From positions 5,766,001 through 5,830,000 of the forward strand of contig NW_025964372.1 in the NCBI RefSeq assembly GCF_023055435.1: DNA of 64,000 nucleotides, in the 5' to 3' direction. The notes under the pieces were generated by a model. That model saw nothing but the letters and a program-made list of their open reading frames with translations, was not told the origin of the DNA and searched no databases. A program made the translations under genes and the position numbers. Positions 1-11,100 of this stretch are shown piece after piece. This DNA is from Haliotis rufescens (taxonomy: Eukaryota). Position 1 is the stretch's first letter. Each line of letters opens with the position of its first letter.

Positions 1-200
1 CTAGGCTTCACACAATATTCCCCATCTAAAACACAGGCATAGGATATACATCTAGGCATGTATACTGCATACTCGACTTGTGTTTCTTTTGCGTGTGAGT
101 ATACATCTAGGCTTCACCCAATGATACCCATCTGACACACAAGCATAGGATATACATCTAGGCTTTACCTAATATTACCCAACTGAAATACAAGCATGCC
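1..200. repeat. Degenerate ~51-bp tandem repeat (ctaggcttcac...gcataggatatacat), intronic
   Basis: The ctaggc unit start recurs at about 1, 52, 107 and 158. Confidence 0.7.
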
Positions 201-208
201 ATGGTTAC

Positions 209-3200
209 CTTGCCGACGATGCTGGATATATTGATGATAGATCCATTCTCCACCTTGCCCTCCATCATACATTTGCCGACTGCCTGGTTCACCAGGAACG
301 TGCCCTGGCAAGGGGAGAAATACTGCATCACAACCTGTTCCCAGGGACAATCCAGGGAGGCTACAGGGGGAGGGGTGGCAAAACATGACAGCTACAGGGG
401 GTGGGGTGGGTGGGTGTGTTTAACCTGACAGCTACAGGGGGAGGGGTGGGAAACATGACAGCTACAGGGGGTGGGGTGGGTGGGGTGGGTGGGTGTGTTT
501 AACTTGACAGCTACAGGGGGAGGGGTGGGTGGGTGTGTTTAACCTGACAGCTACAGGGGGAGGGGTGGGAAACATGACAGCTACAAGGGTGGGGTGGGTG
601 GGTGTGTTTAACTTGACAGCTACAGGGGGAGGGGTGGGTGGGTGTGTTTAACCTGACAGCTACAGGGGGTGGGGTGGGAAACATGACCGCTACAGGGGGA
701 GGGGTGGGTGGGTGTGTTTAACCTGACAGCTACAGGGGGAGGGGTGGGTGGGTGTGTTTAACCTCAATGCTACAGGGGGAGGGGTGGGTGGGTGTGTTTA
801 ACCTGACAGCTACAGGGGGAGGGATGGGTGGGTGTGTTTAACATGACAGCTACAGGGGGAGGGGTGGGTGGGTGTGTTTAACTTGACAGCTACAGGGGGA
901 GGGGTGGGTGGGTGTGTTTAACATGACAGCTACAGGGGGAGGGGTGGGTGGGTGTGTTTAACCTGACAGCTACAGGGGGAGGGGTGGGTGGGTGTGTTTA
1001 ACCTGACAGCTACAGGGGGTGGGGTGGGAAACATGACAGCTACAGGGGGAGGGGTGGGTGGGTGTGTTTAACCTGACAGCTACAGGGGGTGGGGTGGGTG
1101 GGTGTGTTTAACCTGACAGCTACAGGGGGAGGGGTGGGTGGGTGTGTTTAACCTGACAGCTACAGGGGGTGGGGTGGGAAACATGACAGCTCCAGGGAGA
1201 GGGGTGGGTGGGTGTGTTTAACCTGACAGCTACAGGGGGAGGGGTGGGTGGGTGTGTTTAACCTGACAGCTACAGGGGGTGGGGTGGGAAACATGACCGC
1301 TACAGGGGGAGGGGTGGGTGGGTGTGTTTAACCTGACAGCTACAGGGGGAGGGGTGGGTGTGTGTGTTTAACCTGACAGCTACAGGGGGAGGGGTGGGTG
1401 GGTGTGTTTAACCTGACAGCTACAGGGGGTGGGGTGGGAAACATGACAGCTACAGGGGGAGGGGTGGGTGGGTGTGTTTAACCTGACAGCTACAGGGGGA
1501 GGGGTGGGTGGGTGTGTTTAACCTGACAGCTACAGGGGTCGGGGTGGGAAACATGACAGCTACAGGGGGAGGGGTGGGTGGGTGTGTTTAACCTGACAGC
1601 TACAGGGGGTGGGGTGGGTGGGTGTGTTTAACCTGACAGCTACAGGGGGAGGGGTGGGTGGGTGTGTTTAACCTGACAGCTACAGGGGGAGGGGTGGGTG
1701 TGTGTGTTTAACCTGACAGCTACAGGGGGAGGGGTGGGTGTGTGTGTTTAACCTGACAGCTACAGGGGGAGGGGTGGGTGGGTGTGTTTAACCTGACAGC
1801 TACAGGGGGTGGGGTGGGAAACATGACCGCTACAGGGGGAGGGGTGGGTGGGTGTGTTTAACCTGACAGCTACAGGGGGAGGGGTGGGTGTGTGTGTTTA
1901 ACCTGACAGCTACAGGGGGAGGGGTGGGTGGGTGTGTTTAACCTGACAGCTACAGGGGGTGGGGTGGGAAACATGACAGCTACAGGGGGAGGGGTGGGTG
2001 GGTGTGTTTTACCTGACAGCTACAGGGGGAGGGGTGGGTGGGTGTGTTTAACCTGACAGCTACAGGGGTCGGGGTGGGAAACATGACAGCTACAGGGGGA
2101 GGGGTGGGTGGGTGTGTTTAACCTGACAGCTACAGGGGGTGGGGTGGGTGGGTGTGTTTAACCTGACAGCTACAGGGGGAGGGGTGGGTGGGTGTGTTTA
2201 ACCTGACAGCTACAGGGGGAGGGGTGGGTGTGTGTGTTTAACCTGACAGCTACAGGGGGAGGGGTGGGTGTGTGTGTTTAACCTGACAGCTACAGGGGGA
2301 GGGGTGGGTGGGTGTGTTTAACCTGACAGCTACAGGGGGTGGGGTGGGAAACATGACCGCTACAGGGGGAGGGGTGGGTGGGTGTGTTTAACCTGACAGC
2401 TACAGGGGGTGGGGTGGGAAACATGACAGCTACAGGGAGAGGGATGGGTGGGTGTGTTTAACATGACAGTTACAGGGAGGGGGTGGGTGGGTCGGTGGGT
2501 GGGTGGGTGGGTTTAACATGACAGCTACAGGGGGAGGGTTGGGTGGGTGGGTTTAACATGACAGCTGCAGGGGGAGGAGTGGGTGGGTGAGTTTATGACA
2601 GCTACAGGGAGAGGAGTGGGTGGGTGAGTTTAACATGACAGCTACAAGGGGAGGGGTGGGAAACATGACAGCTGCAGGGGGAGGGGTGGGTGGGCGTTAA
2701 CACAACCTGACGACCTGATCCATGCGGGTGACAATAATTGTAATTGTTTAACAGATGGCATACCTAACACATCAATGACTAAGTATTTCATTCGTACTTC
2801 TATTCACAAATGCAAATTTGTCAGTTTTAGCATTGTGTCATTAAAATCACTTCTCAAAATGAAAGATTTCTTAATTTTTCACTCATCATATTTCAGAATC
2901 ATTTTGGGATTTTTATATGAATATAATAATATTTCGAATAAAATCACATCCACAAACCTTCAAATTGACATCAATGACCTTGTCGAAATTTTTCTCATCC
3001 ATTTTCATGAGGAAGTTGTCTCGTGTTATTCCTGCAGAGTTTACAGCCACAGATGGCAGCACCGAAAATTGGCTTTTAATTTGTGCCATCATGGCGTTAA
3101 TATCGGTGGAGGAGGCGATGTCGGCTGTGTATGCCTGGTGCTTCTGGCCTGGCGGAGATAGAAACATTACAGAATTATAAATTGCTTTTGTAGACAATCA

Positions 3201-4951
3201 AATGCCACAGAATCACTTGCAGATTTGGGTGTTTTACAGATGGGTGTTTGTTGCTGATAGAATGTTTTACTGATAAGGTGTCATTCTGACAAAATGTTTT
3301 AATGATAAGGTGTCATTCTGACAAAATGTTTTACTGATAAGGTGTCATTCTGACAAAATGTTTTACTGATAAGGTGTCATTCTAACAAAATGTTTTACTG
3401 ATGAGCATTTATTACCAATGGCTGAAAACCAAAACTAAAATTTCAAATTTCAAATACTTGGACCATCAGGCTAGAATACTTACTGCCTTGTGGGAGTCCT
3501 GACACTGTTGCCTCAGCATTGGACTTGTCGATGTCCACCACTGCGAGTATAGCGCCCTCTCGGGCAAACACCTGACATATTGTTTTACCTATGCCACTGC
3601 CTCCTCCTGTAACCATGGTAACAAAGAAACATCTGACTAAATTTGATGTTACAACCCTATATTGATTTAGAAAACTGAAACAGTTGAATTTTTGACAGAT
3701 GGAAATTGATGTAACCCATAGCAACCAGAGAACATTATAGTACAAAAGGAGAAACTATATTATAAGAGTCATTTCTGTTGCATGCTGCTAGGGTTGTTCT
3801 CGACCACGGTGCTTTCAATTAGGAGATCAACATGCTGTGTTTTCAATGTAGAGCTATTTTACCTGTAGATTTAACCCCGCTAAATTGAATTTGAAACCAA
3901 ACACCCAGCGTGAGGTTTCAAATGTTTAATTTAGCATAGTTAAATCTACAGGTAACCTAGCTCTACATTGAAAACACAGTATGTTTTTCTCCATTCTACC
4001 ATGACTAAACATAACGCGAACTCTTTGGTGTTAGCAAATATATAGAGTGGAGCGGGATTGGTTGAGTCCAGTATTTTGAGTGGGTTATCAATCTGAATTA
4101 CGGAATCACCAACAACAGCCTGTAAACAAAATATGGCGCTGTATATGCTCAAGCAGTTTGTCTACACTGTAATACTTCTCCCGAACATATCACAGGCATT
4201 GAAAGCATATAAGCACGGTAACTTGGTCAGCTAGCATGAGGTGGGCATCCCTAAAGAAAACAAAGCAAGCATTGCAAGGCTTTCGTTCTACACCGAACGT
4301 CACCATTATGACATCATATCACTCATTGTCACGCAAAAGATTGACAAGTTTGTTTTTTGCAAGACAGAAGAAAACTATCATAAAACATGTCCTTCACTCA
4401 GATCCTGTGAAAAACTAGAGTGGTAAAATGCAAAACTTACACCGTAGTACATTTAACATTGCCTGATGTAAATGTATGTAAGGTCGAAAGATATAATGAG
4501 TGTACCCTGGTCAAGAACTACCCATCACTATCACTTCCTGTTTTTTGTAGTTTTTTTACACTGAAATAAGTTTTCAAAGTGCTCAGTGACATTTAACTGT
4601 TTTGGGTTTCAAGTTTGCAACACAGTTTGATAACATTATCTTGACGGAAAGACCTGAAATCCGACGCTACTTGACAATGAGTGTCATTCCCAATTCGATC
4701 GAATCAGGTTGAGGTCAATGACAGCCAATGTCATTTGACACGACATACAGGTGACACCCATTGCCGACAACACAGCACAAGTTTTCACCGACAAATAGAC
4801 AATAATGTTGGAAGTTTACATCGCTAATAATGCATAATATTTAATAGGTATGAGGTAAACAAGTTTAGAATAAATATATAACTGAAATGTCCTAAAATTT
4901 CAAGATACCCGTCACGATAGCTAATCTTCCTGCAAGTACTCCCGACGCCAT
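209..4951 (-). CDS. HSD17B8: (3R)-3-hydroxyacyl-CoA dehydrogenase / 17-beta-HSD8 (KE6, mitochondrial SDR); 5' four exons, gene continues past the left edge
   Basis: Exons 4951-4909, 3606-3484, 3148-2958, 304-209, all GT-AG and phase-consistent. Translation MASGVLAGRLAIVTGGGSGIG...[42 protein letters not shown]...GSIINISSIVGK has the SDR TGxxxGIG motif and the HSD17B8/FabG-type [15 protein letters not shown] and SIINISSIVGK motifs. Confidence 0.9.
356..2695 (+). repeat. G-rich minisatellite with 40-bp and 30-bp units in HSD17B8 intron 3
   Basis: Units acctgacagctacagggggaggggtgggtgggtgtgttta and acctgacagctacagggggtggggtgggaa. A 530-bp higher-order period is visible from variant acatgaccgc at 1291, 1821 and 2351. 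Confidence 0.97.
3263..3402. repeat. ~32-bp tandem repeat (tgttttactgataaggtgtcattctgacaaaa), about 4 copies
   Basis: Direct repeats visible in HSD17B8 intron 2. Confidence 0.9.
3837..3978. mobile_element. Small inverted-repeat element (MITE-like hairpin)
   Basis: Arms of about 39 bp, gtgttttcaatgtagagctattttacctgtagatttaac and gttaaatctacaggtaacctagctctacattgaaaacac, around a ~65-bp spacer. Confidence 0.6.
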
Positions 4952-5148
4952 GCTGCTTGTTATTTATAGCCACAGGAAGTTCACGTACGCAACTTATTTT
5001 TAGATTTGGGGATTTCGATCTTTTCTATTTCTATAATAATATTGACCAATCAGGAAACGTGTTACAGATAAAGAATCCCGTGCGGTCCTATAAGAATTTC
5101 TGTTGCATTAGTGTTTGGTCATGAATTGCACATGGTGATCGTTTCATC
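4952..5148. promoter_or_regulatory. Bidirectional promoter between HSD17B8 and the PTRH1-like gene
   Basis: Divergent ATGs separated by only 197 bp. ETS-type CAGGAAGT at 4973-4980 and CCAAT box (gaccaatcag) at 5046-5050. Confidence 0.75.
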
Positions 5149-8100
5149 ATGAGTTTTACAGTTGTTCTGAATTCTTGTGTTGCTGGCGTTCTCAAATCCT
5201 TCACAGTTGATGCCCGTATTTTAACGAAGAGATCATGCATCCGAAAAAGTCTTAACAAGGTTGTAACCGCTAGATTCTGCACCAGTATCGGTTATCCGCA
5301 GTTGACATCCAGAGATGACGATTCCGAATCCGACTCGGAGAATGAAGTTGGAGAGACAAGATCGCTCACAAATAAATTTTTGGTAACTCTTTCTTTTGAA
5401 GTATTCTCAATTACAACAATGTATAGATGTATAAACCACGGAAAGTGTGTCTGGAGCAGTTCACTATGGGCACGACTGAGCAGACACGTGTGCACCGGTA
5501 CTCTCAGGCTAGCCAGACGATCTCATGAATGACATTGACAAACATGCTTCAATGTCGGTATAATGTCGTATTTTTATGCTTGTATTTCTGTCTTCACGTC
5601 AGTTCTTGTTTAGTGAAATACAAAATATCAACACTGTAACACACAATATTCTGTAGATGATCTGAACAGTTGGCTTTGCTACAAAAGGCCAGGAAACTGA
5701 AGGTCAAAGTTCAAAATTCTGAATTCATTTATAAGAAATAAATATAGATCTAATCACAGATTTTGTAAAACTTGTGTTTATAGAACTTGCATCTGTTTAA
5801 TCAGAAATTGGCCCTGTTCGCATTCCAAGCTAGAATACATATTCTGAACATCTGCTTGTAAACTGTAAGTTACATATGCTAAATGGATCAGGTGGCCATA
5901 TGTTTGGTGACCATGGCAACTGGATGATTGCATGTTATTTTACGCTGATTGTAGGATATCAATCACTCGTTTGTCTGGTCCTGAATTTGGCCCGTAATGA
6001 TTGCTTGAATAACCTGTTATGGTCTGATTAGAACTGCAAACAGTTGTTGTGCAAACTGATAGTTGTTATCAAAATGTTATATTTGTATTAATAATCGGAG
6101 CACCTTTAGAATACAGTACCACAACTTCTCGTGAGGACGATCTCTGCCGTAGGTCACATGTCACAAGACAAGCAAACAGTTTTAGTGAGAATCCGTCGGA
6201 CGCGAACCCGCGACCTTCGGATTGTTAGCCTGACAGCTAACCGACTGAGCTACGTCCACACTGTTAAACTTAGTGCAAATTTACCTAGTCATTCCTATGA
6301 TGTTACGGAACTGAACGAAAGGGTCGAATAGGTGACGAACACTTACGAAAGTTAGGGGTAGGCATGGTGTCTCGTGACTTTAGTCTACGGACACTTACGA
6401 ATGATCCCGATGCCATTTGGCACACTCGTCCCATTCCGTAATCTACAAGATACTGGGTGGTGATCAGGAATGAGCCGATATGCCGCGGACTGAAAACGGC
6501 TCCAGGCGTCAGACGTCAGACGTCGAACTCGCGAGTGCGCATGAATGATATGGTATTTAATAATTCGTCGGGTGATTTTTGTGACAGAAAAGTGTGGTGG
6601 GGAACACTGTAAGGATGATTTGGATAATAGTAAGGAACGATGGAGGAATAAGCATGACTAGTGACGACACAACGGTGAGTTCGCTTTTGAATCTGTACTG
6701 AAAAATGTAGCCGGTGAAAGTGGCTTGTGTGAATGTTCCAGGACAGTTTCCAGTAGCCAAAATATTCGACACAAAACCATTTCATCCTTTTTACTCGACG
6801 TTTTTGTGGGAAGAATATAAGGAGTCGCTATATAATCTATAATAGCCACTAAACGAGTACCTCGGCCCCTAACCCTAATGATCGTAAAGGGGTGATTGAT
6901 CGTAAAGAGGTTAAGGGTTAATGATCACGTGTTTGAAAAGTTTGTGGTACTGTATTCTAAAGGTAGGCCTAATAATCATGTGCCATTATGTTTGGGTACA
7001 GTTTATTTTAATATTTTCTCAATGTTATGTATTCACTATTAAATATGTAAAAAATACACTGTTTACATTATTATGTTTGCACACATCTTTCATCATGTTC
7101 ATATGTGTCAATCTCATTCAAATAAATCCATGGAAGACAGGAAATACTGCAATGAATGTCATTCAGGATATACTGTGGCATGACATTCAAATTCAGCTTG
7201 GACAGTTGTACCTTACACTGTAGATGTATTAATTATTTTGATATCATGAAATGGTTAATCGACACGAAACAGTTTCATCATGTTCAGTTAGGCAAGTAAA
7301 CAGTTTAAGATTGTTCAAACTGTGACATCCCTATCCAGAATGATTATTTACCGGCTGCCATCACGATCTCTAGCCCATTTTTATTTTGTGCTGTCAACTC
7401 ATTCTTTCTTCTTTTAAATGTGCCTCAACTAGTTTTAAATCTAATCTGTTATATGCTAGTTATCGTACTGTCCTTCGATGACAGGTTTTTATAAAGTTTA
7501 AATATATGTATTATAAATGTCTATCTTCTCGTCACGATATCGCTGAAATATTAACTCACTCACACACAGTACTGGACCACAATTATGTTTCTAGGTTTGT
7601 CAGCACCATACACGTGCTCTTTGGTTTCACCGAAGTGGTAAACGTCTAAGACCTGCATAACTTCGGGCTTTCCTCCCACATTAAGCTGACACAACGTGAT
7701 ATAACTGGAATACTGTTAAAAGCAGCGTTAAACACAACTCACTCACTCAAAGGACTGGAATATTGCTGAATGTGGCATCAAACAACAAACAAACAAATTG
7801 TTGTTTGGAAATCTGCTCATTGAATCAATCTTGAAGGTCTTGCGATTAAGTCTTGATCCATCTGTATGATCTTCCCGATTCAAGGGTCCAGGGTGGAAAC
7901 TGAACTTTTATAGTCAGTTAATGTCCTTGGATCGGGAAGATGGTCTTGATCAAAAGACCATTTGCCACTGTATCATTGTTTTCAGATTGTAGGTCTCGGC
8001 AACCCAGAGATGCAGTCAAGTCGCTACAGTGTGGGGATGCAGTTTGTGGACCTTCTGGCCAAAAGGATGCGACTGAGGTGGACCGCACACATGTTCAACA

Positions 8101-11100
8101 AGACGGGTGGATTCACTGCGTCGGCGCACATCGGCAACTACACCGAGTTACACCTTCTCAAACCACGGTTGCCTGTGAATATCAACGGGGCAAGCGTCAT
8201 CAAATCAAGTGAGTTCACGACTACAGAAGACTCAAGTTACCGTGGTTACTAGTGCATAGGTTGATATGTTTTGCTATGGATTCTTTCTAGCCAGGAGGTT
8301 AGGTTGTTATGTAAGTTTTTGCTGCCGTCCATTGTTTGTGGGACCGCCTCCGTGGTCTAATGGTAGAGCGGAATATTTGGGGTTCAATCCCCGACCGCGT
8401 CATACCCAAAGACGTTAAAAGATGGTACTTGTTGTTACCCTGTCTGGCACTCAGCATTAACAGGCTAAAACAGGGACTGGTCGGCTCGGAGTCAGTATAC
8501 TGTGTCTGAGTGGGGTATTCATGTTAAACTGCGGCATGGTATCTTAGTGAGCTAGCACTATAAATCGGCATCAGTCCGGACTAGTACAAGCAGCCACACA
8601 CACATGCATGCACATCGCTACATAAGTGCAATAATCTTGGATGCGACGTTAAACCCCATTTCACCTGACATTGTTCGTGGTCCTGTCATACATCGGAAAG
8701 TGAGTTTTGTTGGAAATCATCAATTGATTCTGTAACCATGTTAATAGCCATTAAAAAATTAAGATTTGAGACCTCAGGCTGATCATGCTGTTGGTTTCAA
8801 ATGAAGTTTTTGGTCATTGAATATTCCATTTTCTTTCAACTCGACCCATACAAGATCGCGTCAGGTAGCGTGTATAATTAAGTAATCAGTGTCAAGACTT
8901 CTAAATTCTCAGAACAAATGAGCAAAGTGTTTGGATTAGCATATTTGATTTCTGTGCCTTGAAAAAATCTAGAACATCCATTTCCTAATGTAGATATTTA
9001 AGGCCCTGACATTATTTTGTTATTGTGGATATTATTTACTCCCGGCCATTTCTGAGCGCCATGGCCCCTCCATCCATCAAGGAATGTTTGTACTATGTTT
9101 GATCTCTGGCACACGAATGTGAGGACTTCTGTGCTAGGTTAGTGATAACGAGGATGGAGACGTCGACATCACTCCCAAATGAACCTATGGTCCAGGGAAT
9201 ATTTGGCATCAGAGATTGGAAATTAGCGCCATTCTCCTGAAGCAAGGGAGTTAACTGACCATAAAAGTCCTGTTCCCACTCTTGCCGAACTAGGCTGGAA
9301 TTATGGAGTTATGCTTTATCTGGACGCATAGTCTACGCATAGTCCAATCAAAATTGTGTAGCGAAATCGACATTCAGTTTGTAAACTGACGTGCAGATTG
9401 TGGTTGATTCAGGATTTGCAAAGTATGTTTACCGACAGATATTTTCCAAATCTTGTCATGTTTTTAATCAAGGAATGCACATGTTTTGATGCACTTCGTG
9501 AAGTAGAACCCATTTTATTAGAATATAGATCTTCATTATCGATCAGATCCTCTTCACTGGGCGATGCACATTTTATATTAAGAAAATGCAAGTGATATGA
9601 GAGGTGGGATCTGATTGGTCAAAAGGAATGACTTAGGAGGGTGTTAACTTGGAATAGCCACTGGTTGCGCTACGATCAAGTCCAGGAATTCCAGCCTAGT
9701 TCGTCAAGGGTGGAAACTGGACTTTTACAGTCAGTTAACTCCCTTGCCTCAGGAAGATGTTAAACACTTGCTGATGTGTGTATGATCAACTTTCACAGTG
9801 TAGGAACTATTTGTTCTTCCAGCTCGTTTCTTTGATGTGAAAGCGGGGAATGTGTATTTGGTACACGCACTGCCTGATTTAGCCCAAGGGGAGTTCGAAA
9901 TCTCCAAAGTGGACAGCACCAGGTAAGAGAGCGGTCAGTTGGAGGGAGATGGTCAATACAATCATATAACACAAGGGTCAGGAGGCACTTTGCACAATTT
10001 GATGACTAGTATTATTTGTCAGTAATTTTGAAGAGCCANNNNNNNNNNNNNNNNNNNNNNNNNNNNNNNNNNNNNNNNNNNNNNNNNNNNNNNNNNNNNN
10101 NNNNNNNNNNNNNNNNNNNNNNNNNNNNNNNNNNNNNNNNNNNNNNNNNNNNNNNNNNNNNNNNNNNNNNTTCCTCAACATGCTCAACAAGTCTGTGTGT
10201 TTACAGACCCGTGAAGACCTGGGGTAAAATAGGTCTTCAGCAACCCATGCTTGCCATAAAGGGCGACTATGCTTGTCGTAAGAGGTGACTAACGAGATCG
10301 GGTGGTCAGGCTCGCTGACTTGGTTGATGCACGTCATAGTATCCCAATTGCGTGGATTGATGCTCATCATGTCAATCACTGGGTTGTCTGGCCCAGACTC
10401 ATTTATTTACAGACAGCTGTCATATACCCCGGTAGCTGGAATATTGCTGAGTGCATCATTAAACAACAAACAAACAAACAAAACATCTGGAAGACAGCAT
10501 GTCGCAATTCAAGCACAACCTTGTGAGGTTCCACAGTTGAATGTTTAGATGGCAGACTGGGATATAACTGAAATACTGTACAAAGGGGAGGTAACTCACT
10601 CATACCTTGGTCCCACGGTTCGTCAGGAGAAAGGCTGGTTGAGTCAGTGGTTGGTATAGTGGAATGTGTTGATGTTTCAGCTACAGTGGTGTGGCGTCCA
10701 CGGTGGAGACCCTCAATTCAGATGTAAGTATTGTAATGAAGTTTTTTAAATCAGGAATTATTTTGCTCATGTAACACATGTGTCAGGATGTTAAAAAAAT
10801 AATAGATAGTGATAATCATTCGGGCAGGCTATCGATATAGATTATAGAGATCGATAATCGCTTACTAAATATCAATCAGTTATTGATAAATATCGGCGAA
10901 GTAACTTTAAGTAAAAAAATATGCAGATATAACAAAAACAGTTGCTTTCCGTCTTTGACAATTGACATATCAACAAAAACATGACTGTCTTGGTAATTCT
11001 CCAATTGATTTCATCACAATAGTTTATGTAAGTTTTGTAGTGCAGGGGAGATAACTACATCAGAGAAAAATCCCTTCTATGTTTCGGCTGTTTTGTCAAT

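Noticed and set aside
5383-5560. Alternative starts for the Pth-like gene (MYRCINHG... or MNDIDKH...)
   Set aside because: The TTG|GTAACT donor at 5382 gives NKFL-IVGLGNP, which matches the Pth N-terminal strand. The alternatives stop early or have weaker donors.
6185-6259. Functional tRNA gene (also the tRNA-like heads at 11307, 26845, 48994 and 54874)
   Set aside because: The cloverleaf stems are broken and the sequences continue into SINE bodies, several with TSDs.
6860-6920. Telomere-like ccctaaccctaa / gggtta motifs
   Set aside because: Only two units are present, which is typical of small non-autonomous element remnants and not an interstitial telomere.
10285-10603. Recurrent short ORFs such as ...[29 protein letters not shown]
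   Set aside because: These are translations of retroposon family A copies with inconsistent starts and stops, not a gene family.
8019-10690. RNA editing restoring the Pth catalytic histidines (both are TAC codons)
   Set aside because: This would need U-to-C editing, which is not an established animal nuclear mechanism. A-to-I cannot restore His, Asp or Asn from these codons, and the surrounding loop has also diverged.
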